Below are positions 38,230 through 52,026 of a DNA stretch of 64,000 nucleotides, one piece after another. The stretch comes from Parasitella parasitica NRRL 2501. Its lineage: Eukaryota; Fungi; Mucoromycota. Below the pieces are notes generated by a model. That model was given only the letters and a program-made list of their open reading frames with translations. It was not told where the DNA came from and made no database searches. Every line of letters starts with the position of its first letter. Within the stretch, counting starts at the first letter, position 1. The DNA is taken from positions 62,001-126,000 of the forward strand of contig MU619264.1 in assembly GCA_025201805.1 (NCBI GenBank). The letters are read 5' to 3'. The position numbers and the translations under genes were made by a program.

Positions 38230-39008
38230 TTGGACCCTTGGGCTATTAAAAAAAAAAGTAGAGCAGCAGAGCATCGCAAAAATCCCCGCATTCACAGGAA
38301 GAGGATACATCACCAAATGCAGCTGTCTGTGCAGCTTTGCCATCTGGTAAGAAAAACGACACCAAAAATCAGTAAACTCTTCAACATCACCGGTAATCGC
38401 TTTCAAAAGACGCAAATCTATCTCGGGATTCTTTGTTAGAAGAAAGCAAAGTCTGGCTAGTATGCTGCCTTCGATGGTAGAAAAGGGAGATGTTTCGTGT
38501 GCTAGAGTTGGGAAGATACATCTAGTTGATCGAAGCAGAATTGTGGTACCATAATCCAGGACCAGTGCAGAATGCATTTCAAAAATTTTACAAAGACCAA
38601 CGCAAGCTATTTCAGACCTTGATCAGAAAATAGTAGATTCTCTGAAAGCAACTGTTGTTGAAAAAGGATTTGAACTAGTAGAAAAACGAACCTTGGATAT
38701 GCCTATTGGAGAATGGGCAACTGAGCCGTATAAGCACGCTTTACGTGCATTATGGCATATATGTTGTGCTGATTCTGTGTGTTAAAATTAAAAGCAGTTT
38801 TGTTTCATCAAAAAAGAGATTCAAAAGACACTTCTTTAAAATCAACAAGACATCCTATGTCTATAAATGGGGGATTACGCCTGCTGCTTACGATATGGCT
38901 GTATCAGAAATCCTGGATGAATATAAGCTGTTTAAAAGCTTTTCTTGCTTCAATTGCTGGATTGTGAGAAAGCCAATGCTTCCCTCCTCTGGATCTAGTT
39001 GCAAATAA
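38230..39008 (+). pseudogene. Class I SAM-dependent methyltransferase (LaeA-like type) pseudogene lacking the SAM-binding core
   Basis: EMFRVLELGRYI*LIEAELWYHNPGP (degraded RVLKPGGYIEL), GFELVEKRTLDMPIGEW and FNCWIVRKP. In-frame stop at 38523-38525 plus frameshifts. An N-terminal-like RRKSISGFF segment abuts EMFRVL directly. Confidence 0.7.
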
Positions 39009-39081
39009 CATGTATTTATCGTAGACACAAAATGTTTACAATATCCTAATTTTTTTTTATTTCCTAATTAAACCATCGCAT

Positions 39082-40150
39082 TCAAGGTCTTCCAACCATG
39101 AATCTAATAATATGTAACAACAACGTATTAGAATTCCATGACAATGCACATTCCCCGCTGTAGAAGACCATTACCTCTTCTTGACCCGTTCATTATTGTA
39201 GTCTGGCGATGCGTATTCTCGAGAATATCCTTTTGAATCATCAGCAGGCGAAATATCCATCTTTTTGAGGCTGCCATTAGCACGGATGTGACGTCGCAGC
39301 TGTTCAATTTGATTACTGTATTCTTCGTTGGATTGCTCGTTGGATTGCACTGTTTCTTGTAGATTGGCAATTTTGGCATCCAAAGCACCTAATAAACGGG
39401 TGGTGTTAGATGCCCAGGAAGCAAGAGCGTTCATTGTTTCGGTCAGTTGTTGGGGCCGTAGATCGCGGCCCATGCTGTGCATCACTTGTAGCTGTCGTTG
39501 ACGTTGATCAAGCTTGCCGGTCAAAATACCTTGATAAAATGCATCAATGATCAAATCTTCCAACTCTCTTACTGTGGGTATATCGAGATAAGATTGCAAC
39601 AAATCGTATGAAAGTGTCTACAACAGTAGTGATGTATGAAAATGTGAAAAACATGCCCCTCCTTTTGCAGTAAATCCAACTAATACTTTACCTGTTGTGT
39701 CCCGGAGAGTGTTGCGATAGAGAGCAGTTTGAGTTTTCTGATTTGTTTTTCGTTTAGGGCAGGTAGTTGCAAACTATTTTCTACAACAATTTATCCTGTC
39801 AATTGACGTGTTTGTTGTTATTTTTGTACTTGTTTGCTACATACCTTGATAATCTTTAAAAGTGCCATAAAGAAAGATTTCTAATAGTTTATAATAAGGC
39901 GCAACTTGTTCTAAGGAGGATGCCTATATGAAATCATTGTTGGATACTGCAACTTTGTCAAATTGCTGTTTTCCTTTGTTACTTCTACCAAGTTGGGAGA
40001 CTCGTACAGCTCCGTAAAGACATAGACACCAGGAGCGTTCAAAGCGTCCGTAATCAATTTGCAATTAGCTACTCCTTTTACCGACTTTGACAACAAGAGA
40101 AATGGCTGAAGCTTTTGGCTAGTTGATAAGCTTAAGCTAGATTCATTCAT
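39082..40150 (-). CDS. CSN7: COP9 signalosome subunit 7 (PCI domain), 5 exons
   Basis: QPFLLLSKS.KG, ALNAPGVYVFTEL, LLEIFLYGTF.DY, VRELEDLIIDA.Y.GIL.GKLDQ, GRDLRP; predicted last exon RFMVGRP*. Confidence 0.92.
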
Positions 40151-40895
40151 ATCAGCTATTTGTTGTGAAAGTTGTATATTTCAAAAANNNNNNNNNNNNN
40201 NNAAAGAGGAAGTTTGTAATGCTTGGTTGATGTTTCATTTTAGAATATGCGGTGATTGTAGTCCTTGAAATCAAAGATAGCATTGCTGATCAAAGTCAAT
40301 CTCGATATGAACAAGAAGATAAAAATCCACCTGTTAATTATATAAATTTTAGGTCTTTTGTCTACCAATTTCTTTTGCAAACCTTTTTTAAAAAGATACT
40401 ATTTTTTTCCCTTTAAAAAGATTTGTTCACTGTATTGCTCAGCCAAGTGATACATGGATGCTTCTATCGTATGTTGAAGCTTTTTAAACTTGAGTAGAAT
40501 TATGTCTAAGCGTTTCTTGCATATACTGCAATCGGGTGAATAGCTGGGCCGCCCGGTACAATTAATGTAGCAGGCCTTTAGGAAGCACTATGATTTAAAC
40601 CTCTGACTTTTGCGACCCATCTTGTAAAATATAGGTTTTCAGTACTAGATTTGTGGATATGAAATCAGTTTACCTTAACATTGGCTGTTTACTTCAACTG
40701 TCATTGGTATTTTTCTTTTCAAATCTCCAAAGCCAATGCTCTCTGTAACAATTCGCCTCTTCATGTCATTTTAGATTTGTCATGAGAATTGCATGCAGAT
40801 TCGTAATCCGCCTATATAGTAAATACATTTCTCCACATATAGATTTTTTTCTGATTTTTTACCAATAACTCTTTCCTCTCTTTCTCATAGATAAA

Positions 40896-43802
40896 ATGAC
40901 CAATGTATTTTCAACATTAGGGCAAAAATCAAAGAAATCATTATCAGGTGTGCTTGTGGTTTCTTTGATATATGCCATCTACAAAGCGAAAAAGCAGTTT
41001 ACGAAAAATATCGCTGGAACAAGCATCAACAACAAGAAACCAGCATCGCAAGAGAGCAAGAAAAAGCAAAAGAAAGTGGGTGTCAATAGCGAATTCATTG
41101 AGCAAATGAAGAAATTATTACCCATATGTGTGCCAGGTAACTGAAACCAGAATTGATTGATTCAGCAAGGCCTAATTGTTGTTGTAAAAAGGTGTGTTTT
41201 CCAAGGAATCCGGGCTTTTGGTTATACTTGCTTCTGTTCTTATCGCTCGTACTTGGTTGGACATTTGGTTTTCTGGGTTCAATGGGTAAGCAACGGAAGG
41301 AAGGAAGGATTTGCCTTGGAAGCTGCTAACACCCTATGTGTAAATTTCAGCTCTGTCGTCAAGGCAATCGTGTCTAGGGACAGAAAGCAGTTTATTGCAA
41401 AAGCTATTGTAGAGTTCGGTTTGATGATGGTAATGTATTAATAGTGTGAACCGGTTGTTTATGTACCAACGTGTTGTATATCGATAGTGGCCGATGAGTA
41501 TAGTCAACAATTCACTTAAATTAACCATCAATGCCCTTGCCCTGAGTTTCCGTGAAAGGTTGACCAAGGTACCGATTACCTAATACGCCCTTCTCTATTT
41601 GATTTTTAACAAAAACGAAAAACACAATAGCATGCGCATAATCAATATTTAGACGGCATCACATTTTACAAGATTTCGAATTTGGACAATAGACTTCAAA
41701 ATGCTGATCAATTGTTGACACAAGATATTGACAAATTCTCGGACAATTTGTCTCATTTATACTCGGATATAGCCAAGCCAGTGGTGGATATCTTTTTGTT
41801 TGCTTATAAATTGGGTGAAGCCATGTAAGTCCCATGTAGAGAAGCACAATATACAAGTTTTTAACCGTCAAAATCCAGTGGCAATGAAGCTCCGTTCTTT
41901 ATGATTGCTTATTTTGTCATGTCTGGGGTGCTGCTCCGTGCTTTCTCTCCCCCATTTGGTCGCTGTAAGTAATGATATTCGATATTTCTTTTAAAAAAAA
42001 GAAGTCACCACTGATAACTCGCATCACAGATACTGCCATTGAACAAAAGCTGGAAGGTGATTTCAGATTCACACATGTAAAGTAATTTTGCTGTCTAATG
42101 AGTCACATCATCTAACTTGATATTCGACAGTCTCGCATCATCACTCATTCAGAAGAGATTGCCTTCTATCGGGGCGGTGAGCGTGAAAAGGAGGTTGTGA
42201 ATGGTACTTTTGAAAAGATCTCCAACCACGTTCGCAAAGTGTATACACTTCGATTCTTGAATGGTATCTTTGATTCGGTCCTTGTCAAATATTGTGCTAC
42301 GATGACAGCATACTAGTAAGTTTTCTTGTCGTTTCAAAGATCGACAGAACGACGTATTGATATAGTCCACTGCATAGCTTATTAGCAAGACCTGTCTTTG
42401 ATCCACGTTATGCTACCAAGCACATGGGTTTCGACAGCGACCCTACCAAGCTGATGGAGGACTATTCTAGAAACTGTAAGATTGCTTATTCGTTTTTGTT
42501 TGAAACTGTATACTAAATACCGCCCTGCAGCAAGCTATTTGATCAATCTGTCCCAAGCTGTTGGTAGACTCATCCTCACTGGTCGTGATTTGACACGATT
42601 TGCCGGTTATACTGTATGTATTAACCCACATGTTTGTAAACAGAACAAGGATAACCTTATTACCTCAATAGTCTCGAGTGGCTGATTTGTTTGATGTCTT
42701 GTCAGATGTGCGTAATGGCAAATACAAGCGCACAATGATGAGTAATGAGGAAGGCTTAGGTGAAGCTGGTAAAAACAAAGTTGTGGATACAAACAACACC
42801 AAAGGCAAAGTGTTGATTCGGGATGGTGTTATTATTTTCGACAAGGTGCCTATTGTTACACCCAACAGTGATATTTTGGTAAACACTGCCTACAATCATG
42901 TTGAATGGAGACTAACACACGAGCAATGATTTTTTTTTAGCTCAAAGACCTTTCATTCAAGGTCAGCACAGGCATGAATTGCTTGATATCTGGTCCTAAT
43001 GGCTGTGGCAAGAGTTCATTGTTCCGTATTTTGGGTGATCTATGGCCATTGTTCGGTGGTAACCTCACTAAACCTGAAGCGAACAAATTGTTTTACGTGC
43101 CTCAAAAGCCTTACCTTCCATTGGGCAGCTTCAGAGACCAAGTCATCTACCCTGACACTCGTGTCGAGGCATTGTCTAAAGGCTATGATGACGAAGCCTT
43201 GATGAAGCTATTAGACACTGTACATTTGGGATATTTGGTTGAACGTGAGGGCGGCTGGGATACGGTTCAAGACTGGGCCGATGTATTGTCAGGAGGAGAG
43301 AAGCAGCGTGTTGCAATGGCCAGATTATTCTACCACAAGCCTCAGTTTGTAAGACCTGAATCAGAGATTATGGCGCTTCAAACTAAAGTTGCTGAATTTT
43401 TAGGCTATCCTTGACGAATGCACAAGCGCCGTTAGTGTAGACATCGAGGCCATCATGTACGAGCATGCTCGTAAAGTTGGCATCACTTTATTCACGGTAT
43501 CACACAGGTAGCCTGAATGAACCACACAAGTCTTGAAATATATATTAATTGCTAATGTAAATATGTATATATAGGACATCCTTAATTCGCCATCACGAGT
43601 ATCTATTGAGATTTGATGGAGAGGGCCATTATGAATTTAGAGAGTAAGGAGAGAGGCAAGATGAGATTTGATTTGAGCGTGTGCTAACTGATTCAAAATG
43701 TATAGGATGGATCCAGAGGACCAGACATCTGCATTTGGATTTGGTCATGGCAAATCCAAACCCCAAGCCAAATTAGACCAAGATAATGACAATCAAGAAT
43801 GA
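40896..43802 (+). CDS. Peroxisomal ABCD half-transporter (PMP70/Pxa-like), about 16 exons
   Basis: [32 protein letters not shown] (EAA motif), [30 protein letters not shown]. Confidence 0.95.
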
Positions 43803-44168
43803 GCACTTTATTCAGGAGGAAAGAGGCAATCGTTCCTTGCACCTTTATACCACAAAAGACCTTGTTTTTTTCTATTGATAAACGATACATGTCAAGTGGT
43901 TTAATTGATTCGGATAGCGAAAATGCAAAGTAATAAGCTATTTTTATTGTGTTTTAATAACATAGTTGGGTTCTTTCTCTCTTTATTTTTTTTTCCCCAT
44001 TTCTTTCTCTGTTTTTCTGCTTCCTTTCTCTTTCTTCCTTGTTTCCATCATCATAAAACACATTGACCTGTTTATACAGGATATAAATAGTTTAGTGGCG
44101 GTAAGAAAATAACACAACGCTACTAGTCAAGTATACATTATCTTTAGTTTTGGATATCACAAACAACT

Positions 44169-46598
44169 ATGCATAGAGAAGACGAGGTAACATTCGGCTT
44201 TCTTGCCAACAACTTTCACATTAATTGGAAAAAATACAGATTGCAAGCATTAATTCACAATTAAACTATGTGAACGACGTAATTAAATGGAGCATATCAG
44301 ACCTGGATGGGTTCGTCTCATCGCTAAGTTTGAGGTACGTCTATTAAAAAAGACACCTAGCAGTATTATACCAATGCATCTATCTGTCCCTAGGCTAAGA
44401 GCAGAGGAAGCCTATATGCAAGCACTTGTAAAAATCACTGAAAATTCAGTAAACACAGCAAACAATTTACCATTAGAGAAAAAGAACTACCTTGGCGATT
44501 ACACAACGACATTTCAGCAGACAACCTTGCAGTACGAAAAGTCGATAGAAAAGACAATCGAGTTGAAACGTGATTACATTTCTTGTTTGAAAGGCCAAAT
44601 AGACCTACTAAACAAGGTCAAGGTATGTGCAAGTTGGAAGGTAATATATACACTGGCCAATGTGCTAACGTACACACACATACTTGTCTCGAAAGGAATC
44701 TCACGAACAAAGGAGAAAAAAGGTAAAAGCAGTGCTTGGGGAAAAGAATACAAACTACATCTCTTTCCGTTCGCGAGACATCAGCAAAGTAGGTAATATA
44801 GTGTCTTGTGACAAGGGCAATTGCTAATACACTAAAGCAGTTACATAAATCTTACATCAACAAATGCCTGGAACACGCTAGCTTGCAGAAACAAATTTTG
44901 ATATCGTCTCATCATGAAGATACCAACTCGGTTGACTATCATCCAAGTCCTCACATGGCGAGAATTTCAACAGAAGAACCGAGACTATCAAACGACAGCG
45001 GCTCTACTAGCAGAGGAGACGACAACCATTCTGTAGGGTCATCCTCATGCCACGATTCCTCGCTAAATTCCAGTAAAAAGAGCAGCATGGCTGGATTCAT
45101 CACTCAAATGAGATCACAGCTGGCAAATGCTGCTGCTGCAAGTGATCCATCCAAGCAAAATACAAGGCTGGCCAAACTAAAAAAGGATATTACAGACACA
45201 GGTAAGGTTTCATTGTGCTCTTGCTCAATTATATGACAGATTTTTTGTTAAAAAAGAAATTGGTTCCAGATCAAGAATATAGGCAAGGTATCAGGATTTT
45301 GGAATTTTTGAGAAAGAAGCAAATTGAAACTGCAGTCCATGCAATGAGGGTAGGTGCATATTTGTACGATACGAGTTATTATTCTGCGGTATTGAAAATA
45401 AGGTCGGTATACAGCATGTCGAAGCCATATTGCTCGCAAAATCAGATGCTGTGAAGGCTGTGATGGTGACACTTTGGAAGCATGAACAAGACACACTATT
45501 AAGCCAAGCCGACGTGAGTATTTGTAGCAACCCCTCAGAGATTTGTGATTGACAGTTGTATCACACTGCTATTGTAGCTGGTAAAAAGCTCTTTAGATAA
45601 CCTTGGTCGCTTGGATGGTGAAAAGGACACAAATCAACTTTTACTGGAGTACGAGAAATTGGAATTTATCAAGCCAAAGGCAATCTATTATGAAAATTAC
45701 TACTTTGATGGAAAGTGTAAAGAGATATTATTCGGATCTGATTTGAATGACTATGCTGCAGATCACCAGCGCACTGTTCCCTTTCTGGTGACAAAATGTA
45801 TAAAAGCTGTGGAAATTCAAGATAATTTAGAAAAAGAAGGTATTTACAGGATATCTGGGAGACAGAGCAACATTGATCTGCTTAAACACGAATTTGAGCG
45901 AGATGAGGAATCGGTAGAATTAGCATCGAAGGACGTGTTTACTATTGCATCTGTATTGAAAACATATTTACGAGAACTGAAACAGCCATTATTCAGCTTG
46001 TGTATGCAGGATCGTATAGAATACTCTAGTAAGTCTGGGTTTCTTTTATTTAAAGAACCAAAGTGTCAAGTGTATACTGACAGTTTTTGTAGAAATCAAG
46101 GACCATCTTGAAAGAAAAACTATGCTAATAACCAAATTGTCTGAGCTATCTAAATCACATAGAGATACACTTGCGGCTGTTGTTGCTCATTTGGCAAAGT
46201 AAGAAATAATTTTATTATCAACAACGAAGGCTAACTACAGCAAATACAGGGTGGAAAGATACTCCCCTGTCAATAAAATGACAATGAAGAATTTATCAGT
46301 TATATTTACTCCTGCTCTGTTTCATGATCACAATCAAGCAGAAAATAACGGCGAATGGTATTCAGATAAAGTGTTGGAGGAACTTGTTTTGCAACATGAA
46401 ACATTATTTGCACAAGCCGAGGCACGACAGCAACAGCAACTGAGTTCGTTACCCAGTACGAACATTTTAAAATCATCATTTTCTTCACCAGCAATCACAA
46501 GCAGGAAATCCTCTATTGCTAGACGTTCAGCAGTATTGAAAACACCATCAAGCATACCAAATCTTCATAACACAGCAACTAATGACTCTATACATTAA
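44169..46598 (+). CDS. F-BAR (FCH) domain RhoGAP, multi-exon
   Basis: R.RAEEAY.QALVK F-BAR start; LFGSDL, VPFLVTKCI, EGIYRISG, SVLKTYLREL, NKMTMKNLSVIFTPAL. Confidence 0.9.
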
Positions 46599-46803
46599 TA
46601 TTATACATGTAAAGCAAACATCTACAATAATAAATTGGCTCCCCTTTAAGTTGTTGTGGTTTTGGGAAAGACACTCTTAGCTAAAAAAATTTGCAATAGC
46701 CTAGCCAAGCAGACCATAAACGTGCAATCGAAGCAGTGAACATAAAATTAAATATTTCATATGTTAATGCTTTTTTGACAAAATAGTTTATTCATAAAAT
46801 AAA

Positions 46804-47393
46804 TTATTTGGGTGCTTCTTTATAAGCCAAAGCATGTTCCTCTTTCATTGCCGTGACGACAGAGACTAATAATTCTTTACCCTCTTCAAATTCTTCTTCC
46901 ATTTTTTCACCCAATTCACCTTCGGGAAGTTTAACATCGTCCTTCATAGAACCGTCTTGGCGCATTAAGCTAAGGAAACCAGCATCAATGTTAATAAGTG
47001 CGTATTCTTGACGATCAACGTTGGGGACATCCATATTGTGAGTGGAGGGAGAGAGATCTTCATACTTTCTATAATGAATGATAAATCGAATATTAATAAA
47101 AAGGGGTTTTGCGACACGAAGTTTTATCCACAATCCACATGTGTGCGAAGATAAAATTGTAGGCAGCTTCGTTCTTGTAAATTGTATACTTACCTGTTAG
47201 TGAAGATATCAGTGCCAATTAAATGGACCTTGGCATGACCGTGCTTACCAGTCTTGGAGGTAGTCATTTCAATAATCTTGCAGGGTCTTCCCTTAATGAC
47301 GACGTGGCCATTTTTTCTCAAGGCAGAACATTGCACGGGGTAGGTTGAAGAAGCATCGGCATCAGCGCTTTGAAAATCATGCTCGTCTGACAT
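46804..47393 (-). CDS. eIF5A: Translation factor eIF5A, 2 coding exons plus a 5'UTR intron
   Basis: [20 protein letters not shown], hypusine loop [24 protein letters not shown]. Confidence 0.97.
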
Positions 47394-50131
47394 TCTTGGA
47401 AACAAGAGGAGCAAGTTAGCAACAAGCATCCAAATGAAACACACTGAACATATTGAACTTACTTGCAAAGAGAAAAAATTAGTGGAAATTTAATAGAAGA
47501 AGAGCGGAAAGAGCGACGCAAAAGAAATCCCCCTCTTTATACCTTTGTGGGGACATGTTGATCACGAAAAAAATTTCTAGTTCGACGTGGGGAACCATTG
47601 TCCGTAAAAACAGTCCTTGGATATACGGTACACATAAAGTCAGGAATCGCCTATTCTTATTTGTGCCATCCTGACAAAAAAATTGAAAATAGGACATTAC
47701 AAGTGCTCTCTTTTTTTACAGAGATATGTCCACATGGATTTTGAATTGCGCCAATTTCGTACAAGTTTTAACAATGCTTGTGATGAATTAATTAGATCTA
47801 CATTGCCCAAAAGGTATCTAGTAGACAAAAGCACGTCTTATCTGTTGCCCCATATCCGCGCTCAAATAGTGTGTCTGATCATAAAAGATGTTTTCCGATC
47901 CAACACGTCAAATGTTATCAACTAGACATTGTTGCATGGCACATTTACGCTTGTACATTTTCCAAATCATTGTATCATGATACTTTGCTTATATTTCTGT
48001 TGGTGAACTTGCTTTTGTCCTACTATTTTTAGCGAGCTCCTTACGCACTAAATCATTCAGAAGTGGCTTATCGTCGGCTCATTTTCATAATGTTTGGAAG
48101 AGAGGAGGAAACAAGGTAGCGCAAGGCCCACGAAAGTATCCTCTGTCTTGTTCTTCTTTCTGTTAGACTGTTGAGATATAAGACATCAAAATCTACTTGA
48201 CTACTACATCACTAATTGTGTTAGTGGCCCATCTCAATAGCTCCTCGAGTCTATATCAAGTAAATCAATCGCATATTTGGAACGGGTATTACGTGAGGTA
48301 AGTCACTCTCGGCTCGCACAAGAGCAACTTTGATTTTTTTTTACTCTTAATCTATGGGAATGTCAATGCACTTTTGTAAGATAATACGATATACTAACCC
48401 CAAATTATTTGATTTTTTATTATCTGAAACAATTGACATTGTCAGACATTCATAAAGCAAATGAAAAGCTTTACGACGGCCTGGTAACATGCTCTAAAAT
48501 CATTCAATCTGTATATAAGCCTCCTATGTTTTACTACCTGATTCTCGTACGCCATATTATGAAACACAAACTCAATATACTAAGCTCACCATTCATTTCT
48601 TTATAAATATGCAGATTAATCTTGCCATTGCAAACCTGTTTAATCTTAGAAGGAACACGCCTTTACTCTAGAAATCCTTCTTATTCTTTTTATCTTCAAT
48701 CATCACACTTGACTTGAGGATATCATATCTTACTGAATAACTCAAAAAACTTTTTATATATTGAACACATCCTTATTGAAAGAGTAGTTGTTGGAACACG
48801 TTTCTAAGTTATAAAAACGGAAAATCGCCAAAGAAATCTATTCATGTTTTATATAATCGTCTCGGTCGCTTAGTTTAGGACCTTAAAACTCAATTTCAGG
48901 AACAAACTTGATCTGTATCATTGATCCAAAGTGCACATACGCAATGGGGTCTTGCTTAGTTGGATGACTCGTGAAAAGGCTTGAAGATATATGAGAAATT
49001 AAATAGACAGAATTCAAGTATATGATAAAAATCAGTAATAGTTTCTATTTGATACGCCACCCATTTTCAAAGCAGAAATTGAGTCGACACAAGATTCAGT
49101 CTTTTCACGCAGAGGGGTCGAAATTTTGTTTTTGATTGTCTATATTTGAGACACATGTCCATCTACATTTACTTTGTAGAATGATTGATCTTGATGAAGA
49201 GTTTTTCTGGATATGAAAACTATTATCCGACTGGCGAAAAGTTTTATTTACTGTATCTACTCACGTTTCAACAACACGAGCTTGACTGAAGTTTGGCATA
49301 ATTGGTCATATTTAGTTAGGTCCTTTGGTTTCATCATGTGTTTGCACTAACTTATACCTCATTAATACGTGTTAATGCGCTGTTATTTATTGGTTTTACA
49401 ATCACTCACTCATTCAAGGAGCTAAATATGAAATATAAATTGAGTATGGAACAACTATTATTACCACATAAAAATAGAGCTCCAGAGTCAAGCAGTTTAT
49501 TTGAACTCTTAAGGTAAATTATCGTTTAGCTCGTGAACATACAGAAGCATGCAGGATTCCGTAATTCGGTCAAATAGTTTAGCCCTGTTTCAGTGTTTTG
49601 GAGCGAGGAAATAGCACACATTCGCTTCAAAATAAAAGTAATTTGCTAGTGGTAAGTACATATGTTTGAGAGCATTGTTTTATGAATATACAAAACCAAT
49701 TATAAAGTTTAAAAAAAGGGAGTGAAAGCGGATCACAGAATCTGGATTGGTTTGATTCATTCATGTTGCACATAACCGATTCTTCTTTTTGTGAAACTGC
49801 TTCTGTAAAGCAAAAACAATGGTACATTGGTCCAAACACGAAAAGAAGATTTAATTCATAAAATTTAGATAATCAAAATTAGCAAGAAGAGTGTATCCCC
49901 TTAGAGAGGATCTATAAATCGATATCAATTGACAAAAAACCAACAACAAAAGCATGTGTATCAAAAAATTTAAAATAGAGCCTTTCTCATTTTAGATATG
50001 GGCTTGAGATAGTATGGGGATTTCTTTTACCCTCTTCTAAATGTAACATTAATATTATTTATTCTTGGAACTCTTGTATATAAAAAGACGGGATTAATAA
50101 GAATGACTCGGTTGTTTTGTCTATTTTCACC

Positions 50132-50244
50132 ATGTCTAAGCCTACAGATCAAAATTCATCTGTTGATGACAGATCACAAAATACCACATGCTACGGCGAA
50201 GATGTAAAAATCGCCCAATGCACAGAAGATGTCTCTTTACCATC

Positions 50245-50283
<39 letters not shown>

Positions 50284-51787
50284 AGAGTATCCAGCAGTGC
50301 TAGAATCTGCGCCATTTCCTGCGTTGGGATCATTAATAGAAATCACTCAGACTCTCTCTAGAGTGAAATCCAGTCAGTCTCAGCAGAATGAGAAATCTAT
50401 TTTGGGTGAATTGGATCAGAGCGAACAGCTTGCATTCAAACAGGAACCATATCACACAGATGGGATAAGGAATCCGGGCTGGTTCACCGTGTTGTCCTGT
50501 TTTCTTGTGAATTTCTTTGTATTCGGCACAACATTTTCATGGGGAAACTATCAAAAATTGTAAATGCATATATTAGCCACGACAAATGGAAAATATATTA
50601 ACTACAGTTGTATATCTACGAATAGATATATTGATCAAGTGTATGCGGGAAAGACAGACCTGTTAAAAATTGCATTTGTTGGCACATCTGCGTCTGCTTT
50701 AATGTTGGCTTTGGGCATGTTTATTACCCCAGTTATTCAAAAGATCGGCTTCAGGGGAACCATGCTGGTAGGTACCATTGTGTCTCCTTTGGCATTGATC
50801 TTGGCCAGTTTTGCTACTGAGCTTTGGCATGTATACCTCTCTCAGGGTATTTTATTCGGAATTGGTTCAGCATTCGTATTTTCTCCATCAGTTACATTGC
50901 CATCGCAGTGGTTTACAGCGAAAAGAGCGCTTGCGACAGGCATTGCTGTGAGCGGATCAGGTATTGGCGGCGTTTGTTTGTCACCAATGACACAGAGGCT
51001 GATAGTATCCATTGGCTATCAAAATACACTTCGAGTCCAGGGAGCATTTGGCTTCGGGTTGCTGTGCGTATCTACTGCACTCGCTACAAGCCGATATCGC
51101 CCACCCCCCTCTTTAAACAGCAAGAACAGGTGGTATCACGTTTACGACAGCAGCTTGATCTCCCGTCGGTTCGTGCTATTGCTAGGCTTTAGTTTCTTTG
51201 TTCCATTTGGATACGTTGCGCCGTTCTTCTTGGCTCCGCAATACGTGCAAAGTATCGGGCTGGATGCGTCTACTGGTGCAGCCATGATCTCTGTGATGTC
51301 GGCAGCTAATGCAGTCTGTAGAATTACTTTGGGCTACCTAGCAGACCGTACTGGCCGATTTAATACCATGTTTAGTTGTACATTCCTTGCAGGTACATAA
51401 AATCTTATTTTCAAATGTACGTACCTTCTCTAATGTATCATTTTAGGCCTGTTTACCATGCTGATTTGGCAATTCTCCACCAGCTACAGCATTTTTGTTG
51501 CTTATTGCGTTCTGTATGGGCTAACAGCTGGCGGATTTGTATCGCTTTTGCCTGTTGTTACAGCTGATATTGTTGGCGTGGAGAATATCCAAAGAGGGCT
51601 GGGGATGGCTTACATGACTACAGTCATAGGCAATTTGCTGGGAACACCTATTATCGGGCTTCTTTTCAATACGTTTGGCTGGACTGCAGCCATTCAGTTC
51701 GCGGGATCAATGTCCATCATCTCTGCAATTTTCATGCTTGTACTTCGAATGATCATGTCCAGAGGCAAATTATTCGTCAAAATCTAG
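50132..51787 (+). CDS. MFS monocarboxylate-porter (Mch/MCT) family transporter with N-terminal polyQ, 3 exons
   Basis: GW..VLSCFLVNFFVFG, QGILFGIG, SQWF.AKRALATGIAVSGSGIGG, GYLADRTGRFN; multiple hydrophobic TM segments. Confidence 0.93.
50246..50284 (+). repeat. (CAG)n/(CAA) coding polyQ tract
   Basis: 13 consecutive Gln codons. Confidence 0.9.
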
Positions 51788-52026
51788 CAAATCCTGCAAA
51801 ATAACTTTCATTTGTATTCCTCGTCAAAAATTGCATCATTATATAGTATTAATCAATCATTAAATTATCCCAATAAAAATCCTGCCTTTGTGTACATAAA
51901 TATCACATTGTTATTTTGCGGGGACAAATATGCACATTTTAAAAAAATAATAATAACCCCATTATTCTTCTTTTCTCTTTTCTTACTCTTTGTTACAAAT
52001 ACACATATATCTTGAAGCTTTAATAA

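Noticed and set aside
47680-49900. Short ORFs and decayed-looking sequence between eIF5A and the MFS gene
   Set aside because: No recognisable motifs in the frames examined; cannot assign without a search.
51788-52015. Open frame after the MFS stop (TAG CAA), suggesting readthrough
   Set aside because: Context is not the CAR-YYA leaky motif, and the extension is AT-rich UTR/promoter-like sequence crossing poly(A) signals.
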